Below are positions 1 through 12,885 of a DNA stretch of 64,000 bases, one piece after another. Below the pieces are notes generated by a model, which was not told the DNA's origin, did no database searches, and saw nothing but the letters and a program-made list of their open reading frames with translations. This DNA is from Octopus vulgaris (Eukaryota), in the NCBI GenBank assembly GCA_951406725.2, contig OX597815.1, positions 185,814,001-185,878,000 on the forward strand. The letters run 5' to 3'. The position numbers were made by a program, and so were the translations under genes. Numbering within the stretch: the stretch's first letter is position 1; each line of letters begins with the position of its first letter.

Positions 1-205
1 TGCTGCCAGCCTCCCCTGGCACCTGTGCCACGTAAAAAGCACCCACTACACTCATGGAGTGGTTGGCATTAGGAAGGACATCCAGCTGTAGAAGCACTGC
101 CAGATCAGACTGGAGCCTGGTGCAGCCTCCTGGCTTCCCAGACCCCGGTTGAACCATCCAACCTGTGCTAGCAAAGAAAACGGATGTTAAACGATGATGA
201 TGATA
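1..205 (+). mobile_element. 3' end of RTE-associated repeat ending in (GAT)n
   Basis: Block 'gcacccactacactc..ggagtggttggc..aggaagg.catccagctgtag..ttaaacgatgatgat' recurs at ~9040-9312, ~12130-12345, 16525-16930 (-) and 18055-18450 (-). The same sequence follows RTE coding remnants at 3742-4311 and 6838-7668. Confidence 0.7.
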
Positions 206-441
206 CTGGTTATTTCATGGTGTGTTTGAAATAAAAGAAAATAATAACTGTATATGCAAACATTCATATATTACTCTAAATATATACGAGTAGGTGTATC
301 TTGTGGTTTAAGCTCTCATTGGACCCAATGATTGAGAGAGAAACCTAACAGAACCATGGTGCAGAACTGTATTGATAATCGTTCGGAATTCTCAGTAATT
401 TTCGGTCAGCCATTGCAAGAACCATGAATCACATCTGTTTT

Positions 442-674
442 GGGCAGTGAGCTGGCAGAATCATTAGCATGCTGGGCAAAATGCTTAGCGGTATTTCGTC
501 TGTCTTTACGTTCTGAGTTCAAATTCCACCAAGGTCGACTTTGCCTTTCATCCTTTCGGGGTCGATAAATTAAGTACCAGTTACGCACTGGGGTCGCTGA
601 AATTGACTTAATCCGTTTGTCTGTCCTTGTTTGTCCCCTTTATGTTTAGCCCCTTGTGGGCAATAAAGAAATAA
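442..674 (+). mobile_element. tRNA-derived SINE, family A (central 'gcctttcatcctttcggggtcgataaa..agtaccag' domain, Meta/MESC-like)
   Basis: B-box-like gagttcaaattcc; 16-bp TSD gaatcacatctgtttt at 426-441 and 675-690; about 20 related loci in the window. Confidence 0.9.
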
Positions 675-854
675 GAATCACATCTGTTTTTCATCTCTTC
701 TTGCTGATGAGAAACATTTGTAAGCTTAAAAAGAACCCTTAAAAGCATCCTTAATGACTATGTGCATACACCCACACACTTTTGTATTGACTAAGACAAT
801 CCTTAACATCATATAGGATTTGAGAATAGCTTAATGGAATTTTGAGACAATACT

Positions 855-1200
855 CATCATCATCGTCATCATCCAGTGTTTTAAATCCAGGTTTTGTCCC
901 CGTTAATGGGGGTGGCCTGATCTACCTAAATGCCATAGCAACTGAGGTAGGCAGGTGCAGCCCACTCCAACCTTTGGGCTGGTTGGCTGGTGGCCATTCT
1001 CCTTTGCTATCATGAGGCTTTTTTGGAGCTGGATTTTCTCCGGGGAGGATGTCCTTGCTTATCCCCAATCTCAGTTTCTAGACAGGAGTGGTCCCAAGAC
1101 CAAGGCCTCAAACACGATTTGTAAGAAATGTGGTTGAAAACTAGCTCAGGAAGGCAAGGACGCTACTCCCTGAGACCCCTTTCGGAGCCCCACTACCTAA
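855..1200 (-). mobile_element. Short non-coding retroelement with (GAT)n tail, probably RTE-derived non-autonomous element
   Basis: GC-richer block whose minus strand ends in gatgatgacgatgatgatg; no recognisable ORF. Confidence 0.4.
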
Positions 1201-1617
1201 TACTCAAACATAAAAATGATAGGGAGGCATAGAGATGAGAGTTAAGACAACTTAATTCTCTATAAAATCATATTTTTAAAAACATGTGCTAACAACTCAC
1301 CAGTATTACTAAATCATTCAGGATGAAAAGAATCAGAAAATCTTGTAAGGTTCATAGACATGAGAAGATTTAGATTTCATAAAAAGAGTAATATCAAAAT
1401 ACAGATTAAACACAAACTCAGTCATGTCTGCAATACATACATACACACACAAATACACATACATACATACATACATACATACATACATACACACACATAC
1501 ATACATATATATATATATAACGGGAAGCTTTATGAAAATAGACAAAAGACGAAGGCAGGTGGGAAACAAACAAACAATTGTATTAGTATGTGGCTCAGGA
1601 AATATAAATAAAACAAG

Positions 1618-1655
1618 TCTTTAACGTTTCGAGCCTACGCTCTTCAACAGAAAGA
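1618..1655 (-). ncRNA. Minimal Penelope-type hammerhead motif (CUGUUGA core variant)
   Basis: Minus strand: TCTTT-CTGTTGA-A-GAGC-GTAG-GCTC-GAAA-CGTT-AAAGA. Stem I TCTTT/AAAGA, stem II GAGC/GCTC, palindromic ACGT stem III. Related copy at 36496-36532 (+). Confidence 0.6.
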
Positions 1656-2274
1656 TACACAGAGAGAAAAAACACAGAAAGAAGGAGAGAAAAAAAATGC
1701 GTGCAGTAACTAACGAATCAACATGGCGATCTGATTTCGGCCAGAGGTCAAAGATCAAACATGAGACGTGAGAGCGAAATACCACACAACTTTATCCTTT
1801 ACAGAAAGAAAACAGACCAACGAACACGGTTATATATACCTACACCCCCAGAAAAAATTATGCATATGACAGTGCTAGCATACCACACACCCAACCCTGC
1901 AGGGACACCACATTAATAACACACACTTTCCCCACTTCAAGATAACTCTTGTCGGCTTCATAACATAGCCAGCCAAGGGGTGTAACTCCTAGCTTAATCC
2001 CCTGGACCCTTTTTCATTTCACCACCTTTTTCACTGCAGCCACTGACCGATTGTGCTGACAATAGAGAGCGGTCGCCATATTCCATTCCGTATCAGCTAC
2101 CTCTGATGAGCGTAATTATATAACTGGATTATTACCTAACACACCAATGTATTTTTTGCACAAAACCAGACCAGCCGTGATGGATACTTAATACTATAAA
2201 ATTCAGATAATTGTATATATATATATATATACACAGACATATGTATATATAGACATACACACAGAGGCATGTAT

Positions 2275-2309
<35 letters not shown>

Positions 2310-2909
2310 CATACACACACAGACACGTATACGTACATATATAAACACACATATGCATACATATATGTATACATATATATATATATATACACATACATAT
2401 ACACAGATATGTAAATATATATATATACACACATACACACACAGACATATGTATATATTTGTGTGTATTACACACACATAAATATCATCCCATTAGAAAA
2501 GCTAAATTTCACATTATGACCATAGAGCTCAGCTTGCTTGTCATTATAATCTAACTATCAAATTATCCACTGACATTATTTACCATTCTTCAAGTCTCAG
2601 TTGACGTCTAGTGTCTACATTAAACTACCGATATTATATGTTCTGATTATTAAGTATACCTATTTCCTGAACTAAATTGTCATAGTGAGTAATTTTAATT
2701 GATTTACTAAGAGTTTTCACAACAGAGATTACAGTTCCAAGAGAACATTCCACGAGATATCCATAAACATTACAACAACTGCCAGACATTTCCTACAATT
2801 TCTTCTTCCTAATTTCTTAACATAATTGGCATTGGATTTGAAAGAATAAGCATGAGATGGTGGCTGTATTTCAGTTTTCTATCCATCAGGAATCATCTCA
2901 ATGGCTATA

Positions 2910-3305
2910 TCTCTCTATATATAAAGCTGAAGTTGTCTGTGTGTATGGCAGGTTTGGTAGCCTTCAACTAACACTATCTCCTCCGAGACCTTGTGGCACA
3001 AGTTGAGCAAAATTGAGAGTATGATAGAAGAAGGCTTGCTCTTTCTTCTGTAGAAGAAAAAATTCAAATCAGACCATGTTAACACCAAAAATTATTTACA
3101 TAAAAAAGGTGCTTTTTCTATGAAAATCCCTATTTTTTACAATTTTTTAACTGCCTGCTGTGTCGCCCTTTTTCGGTGTATTTCAACCAGAAAAATGTTC
3201 ACTTAAGGAGAATAACAAGCTACATAATGCAAAATTTTTACTTTACAAAAATTCCAATTCTAAAGGGTCGAAACAAAGCCAGGCAACGCCGGTCAATACT
3301 GCTAG
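2910..3305 (+). mobile_element. Non-autonomous Helitron
   Basis: Starts TC(tctctatatataaagctg), ends with a GC-rich subterminal hairpin and CTAG, sits between A and T. Close copies at 33417-33807 and 42685-43077. Confidence 0.8.
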
Positions 3306-3399
3306 TATTAGATAGAATGCAGTCAATGTTATATTTTCTGATGGTTAATAGTGACCATTATAATGGCATCACCCATATACTTTTCAGTTATTGCATTCT

Positions 3400-3741
3400 C
3401 TTTTACTCTTTTACTTATTTCAGTTATTTGACTGTGGCCATGCTGGAGCACCGCCTTTAGTCGAGCAAATCAAACCCAGGACATATTCTTTGTAAGCCTA
3501 GTACTTATTCTATCAGTCTCTTTTGCCGAACCGCTAAGTTAAGGTGATGTAAACACACCAGCATCGGTTGTCAAGTGATGTTGGGTGGACAAACACAGAC
3601 ACACAAACGTATACACACACATATATATATATACGATGGGTTTCTTTCAGTTTCCGCCTACCAAATCCAATCACAAGGCTTTGGTCAACCTGAGGCTATA
3701 GTAGAAGATACTTGCCCAAGTTGCCACACAGTGGGACTGAG
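3400..3741 (-). mobile_element. tRNA-derived SINE, family B (CORE-like 'ccttgggcaagtgtctt', internal CA/TA microsatellite)
   Basis: Matches fuller copies at 27377-27755 (+), 48840-49243 (-), 49490-49860 (-), 14885-15270 (-) and 40545-40948 (-). Confidence 0.85.
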
Positions 3742-4311
3742 GTCTGGGAAGCCGGGAGGCTGCACCAGGCTCCCGTCGTATCTGGCAGCGTTTCTACAGC
3801 TAGATGCCCTTCCTAATGCCAACCACTCCAAGAGTGTAGTGGGTGCTTTTTACCTGCTACCAGCACAGGGGCCAGAGGAGGCTGGCAACAACCATGATCG
3901 GTTGGTGCATTTTACATGCCACCAACACGGAGTTCACAACTACAATTTCCATTTAATTTTGATGTACTTGACACAATAGGTCTCCTCAAGCACAGCATGT
4001 TGCCCTACAATCCAAGGTACTTTTGAGTGGGCTGGGGCTGGTTATGCGACACTGGTGTAGATTTCAAATGTGAACTCACTTTATTTGCCAGGTCTTCGCA
4101 GTCACAGCATATCTCCAGAGGTCTCGGTCTTTCATCACTGCCTCTGTGAGGCCCAACACTCAAAGGTCATGCTTGACCCCCACATCGCATGTCTTCCTGG
4201 GTCTACCACTACCCCAGATTCCTTCAACTGTTTGGGAGTGGCACTTCTCCACACAGCTCTCCTCATCCATATGTAGTACATGACCATACCAGCACAAATG
4301 TCTCTCTTGCA
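3742..4311 (-). mobile_element. RTE-clade LINE 3' fragment (ORF C-terminus plus 3' UTR)
   Basis: Minus strand reads QERHLCWYGHVLHMDEESCVEKCHSQTVEGIWGSGRPRKT..DRDLWRYAV: RTE WxGHV, GRP and DRxxWR motifs, with a stop. Confidence 0.85.
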
Positions 4312-4535
4312 GTTATCTCCTATCTTCTAATATGGCCCCAGGCCAACCAGAGTTTTGTGAGTGGATTCTGTAGACCAAAACTGAAAGAAGCCCATTGTGT
4401 ATGTGTATATGTGTGTTTGTCACCCATCACGACTTGAAAACCAGTGTTGGTTTGTTTATGTCCCCATAACTTAGTAGTTTGGCAAAACGAGATTGATAGA
4501 ATAAGCACCAGACATTAAAAAAAAATTTAATACTG

Positions 4536-5385
4536 GGCGTAGGACAGGCTGTGTGATAAGTAGCTTGCTTACCAACCGTATGGGGTAGAAAGGGCTCCTT
4601 AGCCGTAGTGAAGGCAATCTATCTAGGGAGATAACCTTACAATAAATCACTCGTTCCATAGCTTAGAAATACTGGGTTGACATCCAGCGGGAACAGCTTT
4701 GTTTCATGGAGGAGGAAAGATCTTCTTTAGTACTTGGTTGTACAATGCTTTCCGATGTGTGTAGTAGTGGCGCGCGCACACATTATTAGCCATTTGAAAA
4801 GACTATGGAGTTTGCAATTAACTGCACCGGGGTTCCTCTTCCCCAGGGAACCAGACCCAATGGTATACCTGCGGATATAGGTCCAGCCCCTGCTTTGCCG
4901 GGTCCTGTCTCTGATCACGTTCTCCAGGAATACAGGCATCCAGCAACAGAACCTCCGTAATGCCATGATGGATCGTGAAGTCTGGCGTAGCATGGTAGAT
5001 TCCATTGTCTCGACCACGGTCGAACAATGATGATGATGATGTATGGTTCTGGGTTCAGTCCCACTGCGTGGCACCTTGGACAAGTGTCTTCTGCTATAGC
5101 GTCGGGCCAACCAAAGCGTTGTGAGTGGATTTGGGAGATGGAAACTGAAAGAAGCCCGTTGTATATATGTATATATATATGTATGTGTGTGTCTGTGTTT
5201 GTCCCCTCAACATCGCTTGACAACCGATGCTGGTGTGTTTACGTCTCCGTAAATTTAGTGGTTCAGCAAAAGAGACCGATAGAATAAGTACTAGGCTTAC
5301 AAAGAATAAGTCCTGGGGTCGATTCATTCGACTAAAGGCGGTGCTCCAGCATGGCCACAGTCAAATGACTCAAAACAAGAGAAAG
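4536..5385 (+). mobile_element. Family B SINE interrupted by a 457-bp retro-insertion
   Basis: SINE head at 4536-4583 resumes at 5041 (gtatggttctgggttcagtccc); TSD gtatgg at 4578-4583 and 5041-5046. Confidence 0.8.
4584..5040 (+). mobile_element. Internally deleted RTE-like element with (GAT)n tail
   Basis: 3' part encodes ..TGIQQQNLRNAMMDREVWRSMVDSIVSTTVEQ* (DRxxWR motif) followed by tgatgatgatgat; flanked by a 6-bp TSD. Confidence 0.65.
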
Positions 5386-5940
5386 AGTATTGAATCATTC
5401 TATTAAAATTCAAGGTGTGCTCCAGCATGGCCACAGTCTAATGAATGTGCATCTGTCAATGTTACTGTTGTTTAGTGCCCAAACAGCCCTGATGATACAG
5501 AACTATGATCAAAGACACTCCATTTTCTGACCTCTATGCCTGTGTTTACCCACATCCACCACTTGACCACGGGTGATGGTGTGTTTACATCCTCTTAACT
5601 TAGTTATTCGGCAAAAGAGACCCATAGATTAAGTATCAAGTTTAACAAAATGATAAGCACCAAGGTCGATTCACTTGACTAAAATTCTTCGAGGTGGTGC
5701 CCCAGCATGGCCACAGTCTGATGACTGGAACGAACAAAAGATAAAAGCAAGTCTCTGGTGATTTGGTATTAAACATAAAATGTAGTTTTACACAGACAAA
5801 AAATGGACATGTCTATAAATTGACAATATTTGACGGCCTGTATATTGTCATCTTGCCTTATGCTATGTTCCTTAGGTCAAAGTAACTGAGGATAAATATA
5901 GATAATTGAATTTCTTGATTTTGGGTAATAAGTAATATAT

Positions 5941-6002
5941 AAGTGTGTGTGTGTGTGCGTGTATATGTGTGTGTGTCTATATATATGTGTGTTTGTGTGT
6001 GT

Positions 6003-6058
<56 letters not shown>

Positions 6059-6209
6059 GTGTATGTATGTGTATGTGTGTATATATATGTGTGTGTGTGT
6101 ATATATATACATGTGTGTGTGTATATATATATGTGTGTGTGTATATATGTGTCTGTGTGTATATATATATGTGTGTGTATATATATATGTGTGTGTATAT
6201 ATATATATA

Positions 6210-6242
<33 letters not shown>

Positions 6243-6295
6243 GTGTGTTTGTATATATATATACATTTGTATGTGTGTATATATATATACATATA

Positions 6296-6327
<32 letters not shown>

Positions 6328-6355
6328 CATGTGTGTGTGTGTGTGTATATATATG
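5941..6355. repeat. Compound (TG)n/(TA)n microsatellite
   Basis: Direct inspection; a second tract lies at 6585-6838. Confidence 0.97.
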
Positions 6356-6837
6356 ACTAAAATAACAACAACAAACGGCAGAAACAATGACAGTATCATC
6401 AGTAACAAGATCAATATGTTCATTTATATGTATAGAAACATGTCGAGTGACACATAGGGCGTATGTATAATATATGGCAGAATCAATTTTGCTGTAAGGA
6501 TGAATATGTAATTATATAAGTTATAATTATATTTTAATAAAACAGAAACCTATCAAATACACAACAGAGAATATACAAATATGTCCGTATATATATGTGT
6601 GTGTGTGTGTGTGTATCTATATGTGTATATATGTGTATGTGTGTGTATATGTGTATATATATATGTGTGTGTGTATATGTGTGTGTGTATATGTGTGTGT
6701 ATGTGTGTGTACATATATGTATATGTATGTATCTGTGTGTATATATATGTGTGTATGCGTATGTGCATGTGTGTGTATATATATATATATGTCTGTATGT
6801 GCATATATATGTGTGTGTGTGTGTGTATATATATATA

Positions 6838-7666
6838 GAAATGTTGGACCTAAGGAGCATCAGTTGTGGTGTGCAAGAGAGAAGATTGCGCTGGTATGGT
6901 CATGTGGCGAGAATGGATGAAGATAGGTGTGTGAAAGAGTGCCAATCCCTAACAGTGGAGGGAACCCATGGAAGAGGTAGACCCAGGACAACTTGGGACG
7001 AGGTGGTGAAGTTGTATCAAGTTTTGTTCAAGTAGTGAGTTCTTGTTGAGGAAATGACCAGCGACCGAGACCTTTGGAAATGTACTGTGCGTGAAAAGAC
7101 CAGGCAGGACAAGTGAGTCCAGCCCACTTATGTTCCTCCCTTGGACACACAAAGACCTGTTGAGGCAAGCGAAGTCGATATCGAACCTCATCCAACGACG
7201 GGCACCTATGCCTACCCCCCTTTGCTTGCGAAGACCTGTTGGGGCAAGTGGAATCGAAATTGAACCAATCCTATGACTGGCACTCAGCAGATGCCAGGAC
7301 CCCTGGACTGGAGATACGTAAAAAGCACTATCTGAATCGTGGCCGATGCCAGCGCCGCCTCGACTGGCGTCCGTGTCGGTGGCACGTAAAAAGCACCATC
7401 CGAATCGTGGCCGAAGCCAGTGCCGCCCCGCAATATTCAAGGTGTGGCACATACAAATGAGGAGAAACCATGGCCGATGCCAGACACCTTGTTCTCTGGC
7501 ACCAGAAAGTTCTTAAGATCCAGGAACCCACTCACTCACGGAGTATTGGCGTTGATGTGTGCACTCCAATTGAGATCGTCATTGCCAGATAAGACCGGAG
7601 CCAGGTGTCTGATATTGTTAGATCCTGGTCGAACCGTCCAACCCATGCTAGGATGGAGAACGGACG

Positions 7667-7668
<2 letters not shown>
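6838..7668 (+). mobile_element. RTE-clade LINE 3' fragment
   Basis: EMLDLRSISCGVQERRLRWYGHVARMDEDRCVKECQSLTVEGTHGRGRPRTTWDEVVK, then DRDLW; followed by the RTE-type 3' UTR seen elsewhere in the window. Confidence 0.9.
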
Positions 7669-7709
<41 letters not shown>

Positions 7710-7715
7710 GTGTGT

Positions 7716-8030
7716 GTGGAGGCGTAATGGCCCAGTAGTTAGGGCAGCGGACTCGCGGTTGTAGGATCGCGATTTCGATTCCCAGACCGGGTGTTGTGAG
7801 TGTTTATTGAGCGAAAACACCTAAAGCTCCACGAGGCTCTGACAGGGGGTAGTGGCGATCCTTGCTGTACTCTTTCACCACAACTCTCTCTCACTCATTC
7901 TTCTGTTGGCCTGCTCACTTAACCAGCGGGATGGCCTCATTTGAAGGCTAAAACAATGCAAAGTGCATTGTGACCAGCGATGTGTAGCAACATCTGATAT
8001 CCTGGTCGGTCACTGTGATCACGGTGATAT
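7716..8030 (+). mobile_element. tRNA-derived SINE, family C (variant 3' part)
   Basis: Head gtggaggcg.aatggcccagt.gttagggcagcggactcgcgg..ggatcgcg.tttcgattccc (A- and B-box-like), shared with 20423-20818 and 63518-63918. Confidence 0.85.
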
Positions 8031-8279
8031 ATATTTATATATATAATGTATGGAGATTTATGGAATGAAATTTCATAAATCCCATCAATTTTGTTAAAAA
8101 TGGAGGAAACAAGTTGTTAAAATATATAAGAAGTTTAATTCTTGCAGACGATCGTTTCGTTCAGAGATATAATAATGGATATAAATTCATGACTGAATGA
8201 AATTATATTAATTAAATATCAACGTACCCTTATATTATAGTTAAATATCTTACATAACTCCCATCTCTTTCTCAATAAT

Positions 8280-8837
8280 GTTTTCCTCTCAAACCCTCTT
8301 TCATGGTGCCAGAGAGATAGTCTGAAGGTGCTAAATTATTCCAGTGATGAGGAAGTGAAAGCTATTGTGAAGAAGTGGCTCAAAGAACAGTCAACAGAAT
8401 TTTACAGGGCAGGGATACATGTTCTCATTGAAAGGTGGAACGTAGCTATTGAGCGAAACCGTGACTATGTTGAGAAGTAGGGATGTGATCCACAGAGGAC
8501 CAGCTTCATTTTGATGTATGATACATGTTTCTTGTTTCTTTATTGCCCACAATGGGCTACACACAGAGGGGACAAACAAGGGCAGACAAAGAGATTAAGT
8601 CGATTACATCGACCCCAGTGCGTAACTGGTACTTAATTTATCGACCCCGAAAAGATGAAAGGTAAAGTCGACCTCAGCGGAATTTGAACTTAGAACGTAA
8701 AGACAGTCAAAATACCGCGAAGCATTTCGCCCGGCATTCTAACGTTACTGCTAGCTCACTGCCTTATGATACATGTTCCTGTGTTGGTAATTATACCTGT
8801 CCTAAACAAAATGGCATTACTTTTTGACTCACCCTCG
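8280..8837 (+). mobile_element. Mariner 3' relic with nested family A SINE (8530-8764, minus)
   Basis: YSSDEEVKAIVKKWLKEQSTEFYRAGIHVLIERWNVAIERNRDYVEK* (stop 8478-8480); TIR-like end cattactttttgactcaccctcg followed by TA; SINE TSD tatgatacatgtt at 8517-8529 and 8765-8777. Confidence 0.85.
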
Positions 8838-10351
8838 TATGTAGACTATGGTTTACTGTCAATAAATAAACATTATAGGGTCCAGTGCACTGATTTTCCC
8901 CTGGGGCCTATAATGTTGCTAAGATGACTGAACAGAAGTAGAAGGTAGGTTTTGTTATCCATGTGACCTAGTTATGGAAGTGGGGGATCGAAAAGCTTAA
9001 TATTCAACCAAAGAAAATAGTGGATAAATTGAGCATCACCTTACTGGCATCTGTGCCGGTGGCATGCGTAAAAGATTTGAGTGAGGTTGTTGCCAGTACC
9101 GCCTGACTGGCCCCCATGCCGGTGGCACGTAAAAGCACCCACTACACTCTCGGAGTGGTTGGCGTTAGGAAGGGCATCCAGCTGTAGAAACTCTGCCAGA
9201 TCAATATTGAAGCCTGGTGCAGCCCTCTGATTCACTCAGATCAGCCATCTGATTCAGTCAAATCGTCCAACCCATGCTAGCATGGAAAGCGGACGTTAAA
9301 CGATGATGATGATTACCTCTACTGACAATGATGAGATTCTCTCTCTGAATGAAGGGTAAATTGTATGATATTCGGGTATAAAATGCAATGATGCATTATT
9401 AGCAACCATTGAGTATTAAATGCAGAGGATGCGTGAAGACTGGAAAGAATTGAGGTGAGTAGACTCTGCAGGATGTGTATTGTTGGTAGGCATGAGTAAA
9501 AGAGGAATGAGCTGAGAGGAAAACTGAGTATCAGATGAATCAGATGCAATTGTGTAAGAGAAGTGACTGTATTAAGGCGGCGAACTGGCGGAAACGTTGG
9601 CACGCAGGGCGAAATGCTTAGCGGTATTTCGTCTGCTGCTACGTTCTGAGTTCAAATTCCACCGAGGTCGACTTTGCCTTTCATCCTTTCAGGGTCGATT
9701 AAATAAGTACCAGTTATGCACTGGGGTCAATGTAATCAACTTAATTTGTTTGTCTGTCCTTGTTTGTCCCTTCTGTGTGTATCCCCTTGTGGGCAGTAAA
9801 GAAATAAGAAGTGACTGCATTCCAAAACAGACATTTGGACCGCAGTGCAGCTTGCTGGCTCCTGTCAAACGATCCAGCTCATGCTACAGGATATATGAAA
9901 AAGGAAAGGGCCAAGTGATGTAGGCTGAAGGATGAGAGGGACCAAATTTGAGAAAGAAGGTTAGGGACCAAGAAACGTGACAATATCCGGTACTGAAGAA
10001 GACTCATCTAATGTATGCAATCAGAGAAAATGAAATGTAAAAATAGTGATGATGAGAATGGCAGATATTCTGTGGACAATTATAACCCTTTCCTAAAAGA
10101 CAAGTGAACAGAGCATACAGAATATTCCTTTTGTCCAAAATCATTTAAAAATAAGGTCTACGTTGAATTCAAGATGGAATTTACATTCAATAGTTCAATT
10201 CTCTCTGGACAAAGCTATACCCATATGATTCTTTCAGCTATTGGTTAAAAATGCAAGGATTTAATGCTTTACTGAGAATCAGAGTTTAAGTTCTTCCTGA
10301 AAACAATTTTAATTTACATCAGTTACGAATTTGGGGAAGAAAAAAAAAAGG

Positions 10352-11140
10352 ATTTGAACAGACTCTACTGCAATTTAACCCCAAGAGGACATCTCCTCTA
10401 GCTGATTAACAACGCACAGCTGCATCCGATAAAATTGCAAGCAGGGGAGCAAACCCCTACCATCTCCCAGTTGATGAGACCAGTAGACCAGTCCCAGTTT
10501 CGGGCTACTTTTGTCCCTCCTCAGTAGTGGACACCTCGTCTGCTAAATATGATAGCAGCTCACTTTGCTCACAATATATATTTCAAGTGAACACAACAAG
10601 CAAATATGCTAGTTCGAAAATCTTTCTAAGAGATCAACACAGTAGTTGTGCTGACAAATAATGTTCATAGCCACTTCAACATGGCTGTCTGTTTCAATGG
10701 ATTTTACTGTGATTTTTTAACCCCAAGAGGACATCTCTTCTAGCTGGTTAATGATGCACAGTTGCATCCAAGATATTGTGAGCAGGGGCACAAATCCCTA
10801 CCATCTTCTAGCGATGGGACCAGCAGACCAGCCTGGTTTCGGGCTATATCTACCTCTCTTCAGTACTGGACACCTCGTCAGCTAGAGATGGCAGTAGCTC
10901 ACTTCTGCTCGCAGTATGTATAATTTAAAGTGACACAGAGTTACTAATTTTGCAACAAGCAAAAAATACTAGTTCTAAAATCTCTCTAAAAGATCAACAC
11001 AATATTTGTACTAACAAATAATGTTCGTAGCCACTTCAACATGGCTGTTCCTTTGAATGGATCTCTACAGTGATTTTTTAACCCTGAGTGGACATCTCCT
11101 CTAGCTGGTTAACGATGCACAGCTGCATCCGATAAATTGG
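10352..11140 (-). repeat. Tandem ~340-360 bp repeat (about 2.2 units) with a type-I hammerhead in each full unit (retrozyme-like)
   Basis: 'taaccc...ggacatctc.tctagctg.ttaa' recurs at ~10377, ~10718 and ~11079; HHR motifs at 10480-10530 and 10820-10869 (minus). Confidence 0.85.
10820..10869 (-). ncRNA. Type-I hammerhead ribozyme motif
   Basis: Minus strand: CCAGTA-CTGAAGA-GAGGTAGATATAGCCC-GAAA-CCAG-G-CTGG-TC^-TGCTGG. Stem I 6 bp, stem III ACCAG/CTGGT, GUC cleavage triplet; stem II is imperfect. Confidence 0.75.
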
Positions 11141-12885
11141 TTTTTATGTTTGGAATAGAAGCAATATGATCAATGGCTCATTATTTCAAATCTGTTGTCA
11201 GTGTTTTGTCAGATTCTCTTATTTGTTTAGCACCGTAAAACTCACTACCAAACGTCAGCTCGGAACATACATAGTTGTCGGGTAGCCTTAGCCAGGTTAG
11301 TTTAAACAGTTCGATGATACGAAGGAAGCAACTGATCAAACAAATTACTCGATCATAATCGTTAGCTGTGACCATCAGGTTTTTTAAAATCTTTTTTTTC
11401 TTTTTATATTTTCCTAATGTTTACCTTCTTTGAAGGTAAACGAGTTGGCTGGAGATCAAATTGGCAGTTAAATTGAGGAAGTTGAACAGCTTTGAAAGTG
11501 CTTCCTTGAATTTTGTTCATTAGAGTTAATTCAACTGAATGTCGTTAGTCTAATTGAGAACTGTGCATGATCAAGTGAACAGGGTATCAGATAGTCACAA
11601 CTAGTTCATATGAAAACAGCATATAAAGCTTTATAGGTGAGTGTACGAAAAAAAGAAAATCTCAATACAACAGCAAACCTGTAAAGACAAAAGCATTAAA
11701 CGCAGAGGCCTTGAGAATCTAATTGACTAAAGTATAAACCTCGTTATCTGCAGTTATGAAATACTGTATTCATTGTGGATACAGACAATGGTAAGTGTTA
11801 ATTTCATCAGCACACGGGCAGTGTGTGATTAGGCACTTTGGTTTAAAAGGGATTAATTTAAAAGTCTACTGGTTTTCTTTTATTCTTTTACAGGTTTCAT
11901 TTGACTGTAGCCTTTAGTCAAACGAATCGATCCCAGGGCTTATTCTTTGTATGCTTAGTACTTATTCGATTGGTCTCTTTTGCCGAACCACTAAGTTAGA
12001 GGGACATAAACACACCAACACTGGTTGCCAAATGAGGGTGGGTGGGGTGGACAAACACAGACACCCAAACATACACACATACATAGATACATACATACAT
12101 ACATATATGTATATATATATGTATATATGATTGATGCCAGGCCTGCCTGACAGGCTCCTGTGCCAGTGGCACATAAAAAGCACCCACTACACTCTCAGAG
12201 TGGTTGGCGTTAGGAAGGGCATCCAGCTGCAGAAACACTCCCAGATCAGATTGGAGCCTGGTGCAGATGCTGGCTCTCCAGACCTCAGTCAAACTGTCCA
12301 ACCCATGCCAGCATGGAAAGCAGACATTAAAACGATGACGATGATGTTGAGCTTTTTTCAGTTTCCATCTACCAAATTCACTCAAAAGGCTTTGGTCGGC
12401 CCAAGGCTATAGTAGAAGATACTAGCCCAAGGTGCCACACAGTGGGACTGAACCCAGAACCATGTGGTTGATAAGCAAACTTCTTACCACACAGCCACGC
12501 CTGTGCCTTAGTGCAAAAAAAAAAAAACACACACACACACACACACACAAAAGAGAACTCAATATAGACTTTTATTATAATAAAATTGTTACGGAGAAAA
12601 TGTGTTGCTTACATTGCAAAATTTAAACATCATAGAATTTTCTGAAAAGAGCAATTTGAAGGAAATGTGAAGAGAACATCTGGATATTTATAAAGGACAA
12701 AACCTAAGAACTGAAATGCCAAGCAGTGAAGAATATCTGAGGGGGAAAAATTGACACACTAACCGAAAAATGCAGAAAGCATTGGCTGAACATATGAAAG
12801 ACAGGAGAAAATTTAGATACAGTGACAACATGGTATGTAAAGTTACAAGCAAAGATAAGCTAAATCTAAAAGAGTGACAATAGTT

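Noticed and set aside
2098-2140. ctgatgag as a hammerhead core
   Set aside because: No stem II-GAAA or pairing stem I could be found nearby.
5858-6920. Many long ORFs rich in YI/HT/CV
   Set aside because: They are translations of (TA)/(CA)/(TG) microsatellites, open in most frames on both strands.
11750-11895. GT-AG pair (ggtaagt..tttacag) as an intron
   Set aside because: The downstream sequence is a SINE end and the upstream segment has no supported coding frame.
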